Source: a virus
Length of the DNA stretch: 20,544 bases
IMG/VR virus record: IMGVR_UViG_2932987669_000001
Location: 1 to 20,544 of that record
Reading direction: 5' to 3' (one strand)
A model generated the notes under the pieces. The model worked only from the letters and a program-made list of their open reading frames with translations, ran no database searches and had not been told where the DNA came from. A program made the translations under genes and the position numbers. This document shows, piece by piece, positions 1-8,590 of the stretch (positions are counted from its first letter, which is position 1; each line of letters starts with the position of its first letter).

Positions 1-828
1 TCAGCTTGTTATTAGCCCAGTAATGACAGCTTGATTTATTTTTTTCATTGCGCCCGCTGAGCTTTCAGTGATTTTTCCGTCCTTTCGCATGTACCATTCA
101 CTATCTTCGGAGATTTTGAAATCATCTATCCTTGACAGATAGAATGAAAATACCTCTTCGGAATTTACCTTTGGTTCGTATGTGAAATTCATAATATCTA
201 ATTGAAATTCTAAAGACCTCAATCCAGACCCTGTGACACTGTCAAGTTGCTTAACTTCATCTTTCAAGTGTAGCGTTTCTATAGTCTGCGAACCTGACTT
301 TTGCATTTTCGTGGCCCAGGATCTTGTGAAACCCCGAATATTGTTTTTGGTGTTTTTCTTTTTTGCTATGTGCTTCTTTGGGTCACCCTGGTATGCATGA
401 AGTAGGTAGCGAGCAGCTTTACTGTCTGAAATATTGTTTTCAGGCGGGAGGGTAACCAATCTTATGATATCTTTAAGAAGTAATAATACAACCTTTAGCG
501 AGTCGATAGTGGGCTTGTTATTAATGTTAAGGCGGAAATATTTTGCTTCAAGCCAGTTGTGTTGATAAATTCCATATTGCTTTAACTCTGGTGTTAGGAT
601 TTTCATTGCCTCTAAGTCAAGGTGTAAGTCTGCTCGCATTTCAGTAGTGTCTCTATATTTCACTTCAGATCGCAAGCACGAAATCGGATTATTTATATTT
701 CGGCCATTCAGTTCTTGAAGAACTGCCATTGAAAATGCTGACAACAATGTGCCTTCAAAGTCGGGACTTTGATAGGGAAGACCTGTGAGAAACTCTGGTA
801 GCGACATAAAAGCTTGTTCAAATAGCAA
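1..828 (-). CDS. Hypothetical protein with a possible PD-(D/E)XK nuclease-like motif; AT-rich cargo gene
   Basis: 275-aa ORF. TTG start preceded by GAGGGAGGGG on the minus strand (835-844). Motif series SEVKY...RADLHL...WLEAKY resembles the E...D...ExK of restriction-endonuclease folds. Function is inference. Confidence 0.6.
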   Translation of the reverse strand: MLFEQAFMSLPEFLTGLPYQSPDFEGTLLSAFSMAVLQELNGRNINNPISCLRSEVKYRDTTEMRADLHLDLEAMKILTPELKQYGIYQHNWLEAKYFRLNINNKPTIDSLKVVLLLLKDIIRLVTLPPENNISDSKAARYLLHAYQGDPKKHIAKKKNTKNNIRGFTRSWATKMQKSGSQTIETLHLKDEVKQLDSVTGSGLRSLEFQLDIMNFTYEPKVNSEEVFSFYLSRIDDFKISEDSEWYMRKDGKITESSAGAMKKINQAVITGLITS

Positions 829-1064
829 CTTGTACCCCTCCCTCGAGATGTTTCGGCTAGATGTTGTTTTATTGAGAGAGTTTTGTTGTGGCCATATAGC
901 CTTGTTGGATTTTGCGCGAATCTACCCGAACCCGGCGGAAGGCATGTCGGGAGATCGGTTCCGCCAAACCTTCTGGTATCTAAAATGCACTTGTCTTTGA
1001 TTTTCTTGTGAAGCCTTTTTAGGGGTAGTTGTTTTTAAGGAGCGGGAATTAAAAAACAAAAAGG

Positions 1065-2114
1065 TCAGGGTTTATGCCTTGACTCGGCTGAGGATTGGCT
1101 TAAAGCCCACTCTTTTAAAGAAAACGCCTCAAGCACCCTAAGAGACTCTCTGCCATCAACCAGGCAGTAGTACCTAGGGTTACTAGGCTGGGTAGCGAAA
1201 GCTTTCAATGTTTCGATTACTGAAGGTGTAATATCATGACAATGTTGTACAATCAGAACATCTGCTGGCTCTTTTGAGAGTCGAACAATTTGGTCTCCAT
1301 TGGCTCCCAAGTGCTTCATAGTCATTGGAGAAAATTTTGAAGGCCCCTTTAAAAGAAAAGCACCTCTTAATCTCCTTCCTCTGAGATGGAGATGAGATGT
1401 GAAAAAATCGGAAGTCTCTCCTCCCCAGTCTTTAGGAGTGGATTCAGACAGAATCCTACCAAGCGCGCTTTTGAAAGTTTTTTCTTTAATATGCTTCATT
1501 TCAGAAAAGTTCGAAGACAGTTTGTAATCTCGGACTCGTGAAAACTCATCAAAATTCTCAATGTACACATTGTAGTAGTCATTATAAAGATTCCAGGTGA
1601 GATTTCCGGTGTCCATGTCCATCATATGAGGGAGGCCGATTATTAGTGGGTGAAAAAGAAGCTGTTTGCCGGCTTTCCTTTCCAGAAGTGCTACTATTGC
1701 AAACTCGCCTCCGTAGTGCAGGCGGGATTTCAGAGTATCTCCAGTTACTTTTTTTACTGTGACCCTAAATACAACATCTAATCCTACACTTTTAAATGAC
1801 GCACACTCCAGGTGTACCTCTTGCTTGTTGTATATTTCCGGACAGGGCAGGAGTTTGACTACTGAGCAAAAGAGTCGACCTTTCCTGCTTAAAATAAGAT
1901 GGTCTAGAGATGAGATGTTATTCACCTTGCAAAAATCAACAACAACTTTGGTATAACATTTGTCAAAAAAAATCTGTTTCTGCCATTCAGGAGTGGATGG
2001 GGACATTTGGTCAGTAAACCTCTTGATCAACTCCATTCCATTATCTCCTAGAACAGAAATAACCTTTCGGTGATTTACAAAACCTGGGTCTATTATCATT
2101 TTTTCGTTTGTCAT
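1065..2114 (-). CDS. Hypothetical protein with a C-terminal restriction-endonuclease-like domain; putative defence cargo
   Basis: Long AT-rich ORF. ATG at 2114 follows GGGAG (the ORF track starts at 2135). C-terminal block PKDWGGETSDFF...GAFLLKGP...GANGDQIVRL...VQHCH looks like a conserved nuclease-like domain. Confidence 0.6.
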   Translation of the reverse strand: MTNEKMIIDPGFVNHRKVISVLGDNGMELIKRFTDQMSPSTPEWQKQIFFDKCYTKVVVDFCKVNNISSLDHLILSRKGRLFCSVVKLLPCPEIYNKQEVHLECASFKSVGLDVVFRVTVKKVTGDTLKSRLHYGGEFAIVALLERKAGKQLLFHPLIIGLPHMMDMDTGNLTWNLYNDYYNVYIENFDEFSRVRDYKLSSNFSEMKHIKEKTFKSALGRILSESTPKDWGGETSDFFTSHLHLRGRRLRGAFLLKGPSKFSPMTMKHLGANGDQIVRLSKEPADVLIVQHCHDITPSVIETLKAFATQPSNPRYYCLVDGRESLRVLEAFSLKEWALSQSSAESRHKP

Positions 2115-2413
2115 TTTCTCCCTGTAAATGTCCAAGTCTCAAATGCGCCTTGTTGAGGACGCGCATTCTGCAGGGGTGTAGGTGTATAGTAGTCACCATG
2201 CTACCACCTTCCTTTGTTGCCTTCCAGAGGTAGCTCATGAATAATGTTCCTTTCCTGAGAAACGGATTTAGTAAATATTCGATTCTCCAAAAGAATCTTT
2301 CAGTTTTCACTTTAAAGCTACAGATCTCTCCGATGGTCAAGAAGGTCTTTTAAGCAACTCGTGGCTAGTCAAAAGCTCGGGACCTGATTTCCAGGGCAAA
2401 TCTGGCGCTCCCC

Positions 2414-2454
2414 TGACCCGATTTCCGGTTCTCTCCTGTAGTTAGTCTCCAACC
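2414..2454 (+). promoter_or_regulatory. Copy 1 of bipartite motif (putative element-sigma promoter), upstream of the integration module
   Basis: TGACCCG (2414-2420), 16 nt, TGTAGTTAG (2437-2445), TCTCCAACC. Confidence 0.75.
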
Positions 2455-2494
2455 GCGATAAATACGCGGGCAACCAAAACCACCGGAGGCTTCC

Positions 2495-2758
2495 TTGCAG
2501 CACCATCCCAGCGAGATGTCCCCAGACCAAATCCGGGCAGAGGTCGGCGATATCCTCATTCGTGGCTATTTGCGAAGTCACCTCGGCGAGAGCCTTACCC
2601 AATCGGGCGAACAGCCAGAATTCCGTACAGGGCTCCAGAAACCCGTTAACGATATCAGGGAAGTGAAACGAGAACCGCTTCGTAATCCCCAGAAAAGACT
2701 TGCTGGCAGCGCAAAAAAAGAGCTCCATAGAGACGCTCCTTTTGGACAAAAACAATAA
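2495..2758 (+). CDS. Small hypothetical protein upstream of the DUF2924/recombinase pair
   Basis: GGAGG before TTG 2495 (alternative ATG nearby). N-terminal MSPDQIRAEVGDILIRGYLR resembles the short helical proteins that precede DUF2924 genes. Confidence 0.55.
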   Translation: MQHHPSEMSPDQIRAEVGDILIRGYLRSHLGESLTQSGEQPEFRTGLQKPVNDIREVKREPLRNPQKRLAGSAKKELHRDAPFGQKQ

Positions 2759-2770
2759 AGAGAGCTGTTT

Positions 2771-3277
2771 ATGTATTCTGAAGTAGAGAAAAAAATCAAG
2801 GCCCTCGACCGCATGAACGGCCTTGAGCTTCGTGCTGCCTACATCGAGGTGTTCAACGAGCGTCCCCATTCCCACCGGCACCAGTGGCTGAAACGTCGAA
2901 TTGCTTGGGGCATTCAGGCGAAAGCTGAAGGTGGTTGGTCCGAACGCTTCATTGCCGAGGCCCAAAAAGCGGATCTCACCGAATTGAGGGTGATGGCGCC
3001 TGGTTCTTCCCCAATCAAAAGGAAGAAACAAACGGAGCCCAAGACCGGCGAGGATTCGGCGCTGGACGACACGGGGCGGGACCCCCGAATCCCCAAACCC
3101 GGCACGGTCCTGGAGCGGGAGTTCAAGGGCCGCCAAGTTCGCATCACCATCAAGCGCTCAGGCTTCGAGTGGGACGGCAAGGTCTACGCGAGTTTCAGCG
3201 CAGCCGTCAAAGCCGCGACCGGCGCCAGTTACTCACCCTATGTCTTCTTTAAGCTGGGGGCCAAACCAAAGTCCTGA
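2771..3277 (+). CDS. DUF2924-family protein
   Basis: Motifs WLKRRIAWGIQAKAEGGWS, DPRIPKPGTVLEREFKG and GFEWDGKVYASFSA; lies immediately upstream of a serine recombinase. Confidence 0.85.
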   Translation: MYSEVEKKIKALDRMNGLELRAAYIEVFNERPHSHRHQWLKRRIAWGIQAKAEGGWSERFIAEAQKADLTELRVMAPGSSPIKRKKQTEPKTGEDSALDDTGRDPRIPKPGTVLEREFKGRQVRITIKRSGFEWDGKVYASFSAAVKAATGASYSPYVFFKLGAKPKS

Positions 3278-3300
3278 CCGGAGGCAACGATCGCGTGAGA

Positions 3301-4854
3301 ATGAAAGTCAATTCGAATACCAAGCCAGAGGGGGCCAAACCCGTGCTGGTGGCAGTTTATACCCGCAAGTCCACCGCGAAGGGCTTGAATGTTGAAGACA
3401 ACACGCTTCAATTTCAGCGGGAGGCCTGTGAAGACTTCATCAAGGCCAAGCGCGGTATCGGCTGGGAAGTCTATCCAGAATATTACGACGACGGGGGGTT
3501 CACCGGCGCAAATACCGATCGACCGGCACTGCAACGATTGCTTGCAGATGCGAAGGTTGGGAAGTTCGACGCGATCGCTGTGTACAAAGTCGACCGGATT
3601 AGTCGGAGCGTCGGCGACCTTGTGTCCATGGTCGAAGAGTTTCAAAGGCTCAACATTGACTTTGTCAGCGTCTCGCAAAGCTTTGATACCTCGAATTCGA
3701 TGGGACGCTTGATCTTGAATATCCTAGCCTCGTTCGGCCAATTCGAGCGAGAGACCATCGTGGAGCGAATCCGGGACAAGAGGGACGCCGCCCGGCGAAA
3801 AGGAAAGTTCCTCGGTGGCCCTCCGCCTTTGGGCTACGACATACATCCTGAAGGAAAACGGCTTGTCGTGAATGAAGAGGAGGCCGCCACCGTTTGTGAA
3901 GTCTTCCAGCTCTACCTGGAGCGCCAATCCATATTGGAGGTCATGGAAGAGTTGGCCGAACGAGGGGTTCGCACCAAGCGGCGGACCACTATTACAGGGC
4001 GGATCACGGGAGGCGTCCAACTCTCTCGTCCATATGTTTCCGGGATCCTTCGAAACCGGCTGTACCTTGGACAGGTCGCCTACAACGGGGAAGTCTTTGA
4101 AGGGGAGCACAAGGCAATCATCGACGAGCAAACTTTTGCCAAGGCCCAAGCACTGCTCTCCCAGAAGAACCCCCGCGATCGCAGGGCACGGTCGCGCAAG
4201 TCGTATGCACTCCTGCAGGGCCTCATCTATTGCCAGCATTCCGGCGAGCTGATGAGCCCGACCTACACGAAGCGGAACGGAAAGAAATACATTTACTATC
4301 AGTGCTCACGGTACAACCGAAAGGGGGAGTGTGGTTGCAAGAAACGGCGGATCTCGGCCGCGATGATCGAGCAGGATGTCATCGGTGAACTGCGGCGGAT
4401 CGGCTCCGATTCCGAGTTCATCGAGTCCCTGATCACACCTGCGGAAGCCAAATATGAGGCTCAGGTTTTTGCGCTCCGAGAAAACGAGGCCAACCTCAAG
4501 GTTGAGCGGAAAAGACTCCATGCACGGCTTAGGTATTGCGAACGAAAACCTGAGAAAGCAGAAGAAGTCGAGACCATTCAAGAGGGGCTTGAGGATATCC
4601 GTCAGGGTCTGGATCAAATAAGAAACCAGCTTGAACGAATAGGCTTGTTGCCGTTTTCCGCCTCTGATTTCAGGGACGCACTCGCCCGTTTCAACCCAGC
4701 TTGGGATGCTCTCTCGTTTGGCGAACGACGTCGTATGGTTGAACTGTTGATAGATCGAATCGTGTTCGACGGCAACGAGGGAAAATTCGGAGCATTCGAG
4801 ATCGTCGTGAGGAATAGTGGAATCGTCGCCTTGACGGAACAGCACGAGGTTTGA
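3301..4854 (+). CDS. Large serine recombinase (integrase): resolvase catalytic domain, recombinase domain, Zn-ribbon and coiled coil
   Basis: AVYTRKST (catalytic Ser), DDGGFTGANTDRPALQRLL, VYKVDRISRS, FGQFERETIVERI, GGPPPLGY, HKAII, LLQGLIYC...YYQC...C. Confidence 0.95.
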   Translation: MKVNSNTKPEGAKPVLVAVYTRKSTAKGLNVEDNTLQFQREACEDFIKAKRGIGWEVYPEYYDDGGFTGANTDRPALQRLLADAKVGKFDAIAVYKVDRISRSVGDLVSMVEEFQRLNIDFVSVSQSFDTSNSMGRLILNILASFGQFERETIVERIRDKRDAARRKGKFLGGPPPLGYDIHPEGKRLVVNEEEAATVCEVFQLYLERQSILEVMEELAERGVRTKRRTTITGRITGGVQLSRPYVSGILRNRLYLGQVAYNGEVFEGEHKAIIDEQTFAKAQALLSQKNPRDRRARSRKSYALLQGLIYCQHSGELMSPTYTKRNGKKYIYYQCSRYNRKGECGCKKRRISAAMIEQDVIGELRRIGSDSEFIESLITPAEAKYEAQVFALRENEANLKVERKRLHARLRYCERKPEKAEEVETIQEGLEDIRQGLDQIRNQLERIGLLPFSASDFRDALARFNPAWDALSFGERRRMVELLIDRIVFDGNEGKFGAFEIVVRNSGIVALTEQHEV

Positions 4855-4855
4855 G

Positions 4856-5266
4856 GTGAAAAAGCAGCGGACCTTCACATTGCCGAAAAGAGATGTCGGC
4901 ATTCATTCGGCTCCCCAGATACTGGGCCTTTGGGATCTAGAGCAAACTGTGCCAGCAGGTCGCGTCCCGCGAATTTCTCGATTGATGCGGTGTGCTTTTT
5001 TGATCGACCAAAAGATTCGAAATGGGGAATATGAAAACCAGGCAGACTTTGCGAGAAAACACCATCTTTCCAAGAATCGAGTAACGCAGATCTTAAACTT
5101 GCTACTGCTCGCTCCTGATATCGCGGAGGATATCATTGATCTCCCGTTGGTATATAAGGGGCCTGATCCCATCAATGAGCGATTGGTGAGGCCGCTGACC
5201 CATGAACGCTTATGGTCGATGCAGCGAATAAAATGGGCAAATCTCAAAGTTAGAGCCAGGTTGTAA
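4856..5266 (+). CDS. Recombinase-associated HTH protein (possible directionality/accessory factor)
   Basis: GTG start 1 nt after the recombinase stop. GRVPRISRLM...QADFARKHHLSKNRVTQILNLLLLAPDI is an HTH-like signature. Confidence 0.75.
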   Translation: MKKQRTFTLPKRDVGIHSAPQILGLWDLEQTVPAGRVPRISRLMRCAFLIDQKIRNGEYENQADFARKHHLSKNRVTQILNLLLLAPDIAEDIIDLPLVYKGPDPINERLVRPLTHERLWSMQRIKWANLKVRARL

Positions 5267-5463
5267 TTTTTTGAATAGGGCGTGGTTTGTCCTGCTGACG
5301 GACACTTTTGAGGGGCGGGAGAAAATAGAAGGTTGCTGCTTTTTTCTAACTAGCTGGAACCAGGGTGATTAACCTTCTCGTAAAAAGTCTGAAAAAACAG
5401 AACGGGGTGTTGACTAACGTGCCTGGTTTGTCGTCAAATACACGAACTTTCGATGTCTTCGTG

Positions 5464-5491
5464 CTGACTATCACACCTGTCTCAATATAGT
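5464..5491 (+). promoter_or_regulatory. Possible housekeeping sigma70 promoter for ORF 5575
   Basis: CTGACT-16 nt-TATAGT in an intergenic region; weak match only. Confidence 0.25.
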
Positions 5492-5574
5492 CTATGAGCG
5501 TTCTTTATGGGTGGTGGTCATTCGTTGCGACTTCGAAAACCCTAATCTTTTCGAATTTCTCAGGAGAATAGCGA

Positions 5575-5895
5575 ATGACCTATTCCACGGTACGCCAATT
5601 GTCCGCCCTCCGTCAGTTGCTCTACAAGAAAGTGACCTGTGAGCTTCTCTTCGGTGAAATCAAGGACTTGTACGTGACGAACGGCGAACCACTGCTCGAT
5701 CCTCCGCCGACAATCATCAAGAAATCCAGATATCCCGTGCGAAACAACCCACCGAAACCTTTTAATCCCGAGGCAACCCTTAGCCAGAGCTGGATCGATT
5801 TTTTTGTCGAGTTGGACGAAATCAAAAACGGATGGATTGATCAAATCAAAATCACCAACGGTGAGCCCAGAGAGCTGGAACACGAAAAAGCCTAA
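5575..5895 (+). CDS. Conserved hypothetical protein upstream of the sigma factor
   Basis: AGGAGA RBS before ATG. Motifs FGEIKDLYVTNGEPLLDPPP and GWIDQIKITNGEP form an internal repeat. Confidence 0.75.
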   Translation: MTYSTVRQLSALRQLLYKKVTCELLFGEIKDLYVTNGEPLLDPPPTIIKKSRYPVRNNPPKPFNPEATLSQSWIDFFVELDEIKNGWIDQIKITNGEPRELEHEKA

Positions 5896-5992
5896 GTGAT
5901 TTGATTCACCCATTCGAATGACACGTAAACGAAAATCGCCTCGCCTGGCTGGCAGGCTTCCAGCCACCGAAGAGGATTATTTTCACATTTTG

Positions 5993-6024
5993 TGACGCGG
6001 TTCCCCTTCGCTTTCTGTAGTTAG
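5993..6024 (+). promoter_or_regulatory. Copy 2 of bipartite motif, upstream of the sigma factor gene (putative autoregulatory promoter)
   Basis: TGACGCG (5993-5999), 16 nt, TGTAGTTAG (6016-6024). Confidence 0.7.
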
Positions 6025-6219
6025 TGCATGAACGAAGGAACCTGGCGTCCCACCTGCCCTTCGACGTCATCGATGAGGCTCACTCGGACGCCCCCTTTTT
6101 CGTTTACCCGCCCCATTCCAAAGCGCTTATCCAACAAGAGGCACGCCTGACCTGCGGTCCAAAGTAAGCGTGTGGCCACCAAAATACAACCCATTCTGAA
6201 CATCGACTGACCGGAACAA

Positions 6220-6268
6220 GCGGAGGTCGTTGTGGGTACTGCTACCGCAGTATCGCAACGGCCTCCGT
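6220..6268 (+). ncRNA. Long RNA hairpin in the sigma-factor leader
   Basis: GCGGAGGTCGTTGT-G-GGTACTGC [TACC] GCAGTATC-GCAACGGCCTCCGT forms about 22 bp including G:U pairs, with one bulge. Confidence 0.6.
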
Positions 6269-6306
6269 GTGTCTGCAGGGCCGGTCTGCGATTCGGTACC
6301 CGCAAC

Positions 6307-6342
6307 GGCCTTCCTCTGCCCCGGCAGAGGGAGAGCCTTTTT
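6307..6342 (+). terminator. Terminator-like hairpin that also buries the sigma gene Shine-Dalgarno sequence
   Basis: CTTCCTCTGC [CCCG] GCAGAGGGAG stem, closed by GGC/GCC and followed by TTTTT (6338-6342), which runs into the TTG start. Confidence 0.55.
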
Positions 6343-6919
6343 GAAACATCAAGAGATTCGTGAATTGTTCGGCAAGTACCTCGCAGGCTACATCAAGTAC
6401 AAAGCAGCCCATGTGATTGAAACCCTTGGCCTGCCTCGACATCACGTCGAGGATCTCGAACAGGAATTGATCATCCATCTTTGGGGAAAACAGCCCGATT
6501 GGAACCAAACCCTCGGGACCTGGAACTCCTTCGGCAAAATGGTGGTGGACCAGCGCGCCCGTAATTTCATCGACGAATGCACTGCGCAGAAACGGGATTG
6601 TCGGAAAACGTGTTCCATGAATGATCCTATCCCGCTAAACGGGGTCAATGAGAGCCCTCTTTTCAGTCAGCACCAGAACCAAACGCGCTTCAAGGCACCA
6701 TCAACCACTGAAGCGACTCATTTCAGAGTGGATTTAGAGCGATTCCTCCAGCGGCTCCCCGAAGGGCTGGCTGCTGTGGCGCTCGCCTTTCAAATGATGA
6801 GCGCTCCCGAGGTAGCTCGGGCCTTTGGCGTTTCTGAGTCGACCGCAAAACGCTACAAGAAAAACCTCCGGCAGCGATTGGCCAGAAGCGGTTTCCAAGA
6901 TTATTTCAGGTTTGCCTGA
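6341..6919 (+). CDS. ECF-like sigma-70 family RNA polymerase sigma factor
   Basis: Region 2-like VEDLEQELIIHLW...WNSFGKMVVDQRARNFI; region 4-like LERFLQRLPEGL...MSAPEVARAFGVSESTAKRY (HTH). TTG at 6341 after GGGAG is preferred over the ORF-track start at 6230. Confidence 0.85.
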   Translation: MKHQEIRELFGKYLAGYIKYKAAHVIETLGLPRHHVEDLEQELIIHLWGKQPDWNQTLGTWNSFGKMVVDQRARNFIDECTAQKRDCRKTCSMNDPIPLNGVNESPLFSQHQNQTRFKAPSTTEATHFRVDLERFLQRLPEGLAAVALAFQMMSAPEVARAFGVSESTAKRYKKNLRQRLARSGFQDYFRFA

Positions 6920-6957
6920 GCCGATTTGCCAACCGCGCCTGTAGTTAGTCCTCAACC
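6917..6957 (+). promoter_or_regulatory. Copy 3 of bipartite motif; its TGA is the sigma gene stop codon
   Basis: TGAGCCG (6917-6923), 16 nt, TGTAGTTAG (6940-6948), TCCTCAACC. Confidence 0.75.
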
Positions 6958-7011
6958 CAACGAGGGCGGAAGGCCCGAAAAAGACGGGTCGCGATCGACA
7001 GCCAAGATGGA

Positions 7012-7051
7012 TGATCCGTTTCTCTCCTGCTTCCGGTATTTAGTCTCCAAC
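7012..7051 (+). promoter_or_regulatory. Copy 4 of bipartite motif
   Basis: TGATCCG (7012-7018), 16 nt, GGTATTTAG (7035-7043), TCTCCAAC. Confidence 0.7.
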
Positions 7052-7126
7052 ACGCCCCGAAGGGTTTCAGCTCCCTCGGGGTCAAAACGGGACACCAAGC
7101 TCGATCCTAAAAAAAATAAAAAATCC

Positions 7127-7167
7127 TGACCGGATTCGCCGCTGGTTTCTGTATTTAGCCCCTACCC
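7127..7167 (+). promoter_or_regulatory. Copy 5 of bipartite motif, directly upstream of the replication/recombination operon
   Basis: TGACCGG (7127-7133), 16 nt, TGTATTTAG (7150-7158), CCCCTACCC. Confidence 0.7.
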
Positions 7168-7197
7168 ATGCCGACCACCTCCCGAAAGGACCCACCC

Positions 7198-7548
7198 ATG
7201 CCCAAGCTCATCTACAAATACGAGTTCAAAGACCACGTGTCCATGGACGCCGTCGAAAGCGACCTGGCGCTTGCCCTGATCTCGGCCGAGGCCTTGTTTG
7301 GCCAGTCCCGCGTGCTCCTCGAATGCGATCTGGCCGCCGACTTCAAGAGGCGGACCCTGGTGATCCAGGCCGGGAACCAGGTCGGCCAAACCGTGAACAC
7401 GTTGTTCGTCGGCCTGGTCCATCGTTTCCTCGGCCAAGATGCCTTCTCGCTTTCCCGCATTCACCCCTGCCCCAGCCAGCCACCTCGACACCCGCGCAAC
7501 CGGAAGAAACGCAGACGCAAAAAGTCTGCGGCCGAGGCTGCATCATGA
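7198..7548 (+). CDS. Conserved hypothetical protein, first gene of the operon
   Basis: AAGGA RBS (7186-7190) before ATG 7198. Globular N-terminus with a basic tail. Stop overlaps the next start (ATGA). Confidence 0.75.
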   Translation: MPKLIYKYEFKDHVSMDAVESDLALALISAEALFGQSRVLLECDLAADFKRRTLVIQAGNQVGQTVNTLFVGLVHRFLGQDAFSLSRIHPCPSQPPRHPRNRKKRRRKKSAAEAAS

Positions 7549-8561
7549 AACCGAAGACGCTGATCACCTATTCCCAGCTCGCCACCTTCCTGAGCTGCCG
7601 CCAGAAAATGCGCTGGCGTTACATCGAAGAGCTGGTGCCGCTGGAACGGGCACAGGCCCTTTCGTTCGGTTCGCTGATCCACGACTGCTTGGAGTCCTGG
7701 CACAGCCAACAGGACCTGCCGGCAGTGCTGGATCACATCGATCGGATCTATTCCGATCGAGCCACCGACGAGAAACAACGCGCCGACTGGCATCTCGCGA
7801 CCGCCATGATGAAGGGCTACGTCAAACGCTACCCCACCGAGGATTTCGAAATCATGGCGCTCGAGAAAAAGTTCGAGGGCCCGATCGTGAATCCGAAGTC
7901 GGGCCGCGTGTCCCGGTCCTTCCGGTTCGCGGGTAAGGTCGACGGGATCGTGAAGCGGGGCGACGACCACTTCCTGCTGGAGACCAAGACGGCCTCGCAA
8001 GTGGACGCCGCCTACTTGGAACGGCTGTGGCGAGATTTTCAGATCTCGATCTATTCCCTATACGCCCGGCGCGTTTGGGGCCTCGAGATCAAAGGTGTCA
8101 TCTACAACGTCTTGTGCAAGGCGCGCCTCCAGCAAAGCCGGGGCGAAACCGAGGCCGAGTTCGAAGCCCGCCGCGCAGCGCTGATCGCGAAATCGAAAAC
8201 TGGTCGGTCCTCCGCGAAGCGACGGCTGCCGGAATCCGACGAAGCCTTCAAAGACCGGCTTGCTGCCAAATACGACGAGCCCGGCATGTTCGTCCGCGAG
8301 GAGGTCCTGTTCACCCAAGGTGACCTGCAGCAGGTCGCCGGGGAAATCTGGGACCTGACTCAGGCCCTGCTCGAAGCCCGCCGAGCAAACGCCTATTTGC
8401 CGAACCGAGGCGCCTGCTACCAGTACGGCCGCGCGTGCGCCTACCTGCCGTTGTGCCAGTCGCCCGACAACGAACACCTCATCCCCACCTTCTACGAACG
8501 TCAACCCCCGCATTCGGAGCTGGCCGAGGAACCGGCCGCAGCCGAAGCGCCCATCTTTTGA
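7545..8561 (+). CDS. PD-(D/E)XK exonuclease, Cas4/AddB/RecB-like, with a probable Fe-S cluster
   Basis: TYSQLATFLSC, FGSLIHDCLE, FAGKVDGIV, LLETKT, QISIY and C-terminal C-x6-C-x5-C. ATGA overlap with the upstream gene. Confidence 0.9.
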   Translation: MKPKTLITYSQLATFLSCRQKMRWRYIEELVPLERAQALSFGSLIHDCLESWHSQQDLPAVLDHIDRIYSDRATDEKQRADWHLATAMMKGYVKRYPTEDFEIMALEKKFEGPIVNPKSGRVSRSFRFAGKVDGIVKRGDDHFLLETKTASQVDAAYLERLWRDFQISIYSLYARRVWGLEIKGVIYNVLCKARLQQSRGETEAEFEARRAALIAKSKTGRSSAKRRLPESDEAFKDRLAAKYDEPGMFVREEVLFTQGDLQQVAGEIWDLTQALLEARRANAYLPNRGACYQYGRACAYLPLCQSPDNEHLIPTFYERQPPHSELAEEPAAAEAPIF

Positions 8562-8590
8562 CCCATACATATAAATAAGGAGACCCCTGC

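Noticed and set aside
1765-1773. TGTATTTAG on the minus strand inside the 356-aa gene
   Set aside because: No upstream TGAnnSG box; within coding sequence.
2379-2412. Imperfect dyad GATTT...AAATC near the GC-content transition as an att site
   Set aside because: Too weak, and no partner site is visible in the window.
2369-3136. 255-aa minus-strand ORF and other long antisense ORFs across the operon (e.g. 19773-20519)
   Set aside because: Shadows of well-supported plus-strand genes in GC-rich DNA.
6208-6239. TGACCGG-16 nt-TGTGGGTAC as an extra promoter copy
   Set aside because: The second box has three mismatches and lies inside the long leader hairpin; better explained by RNA structure.
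6917-7167. Tandem motif copies read as a CRISPR array
   Set aside because: The repeats are bipartite with a variable interior, unevenly spaced, and also dispersed singly upstream of genes.
7323-7544. Extended N-termini given by the ORF track (7323, 6230, 10168, 7168, 11135)
   Set aside because: Downstream starts have better RBSs or ATGA coupling; the extensions overlap other genes or structured RNA.
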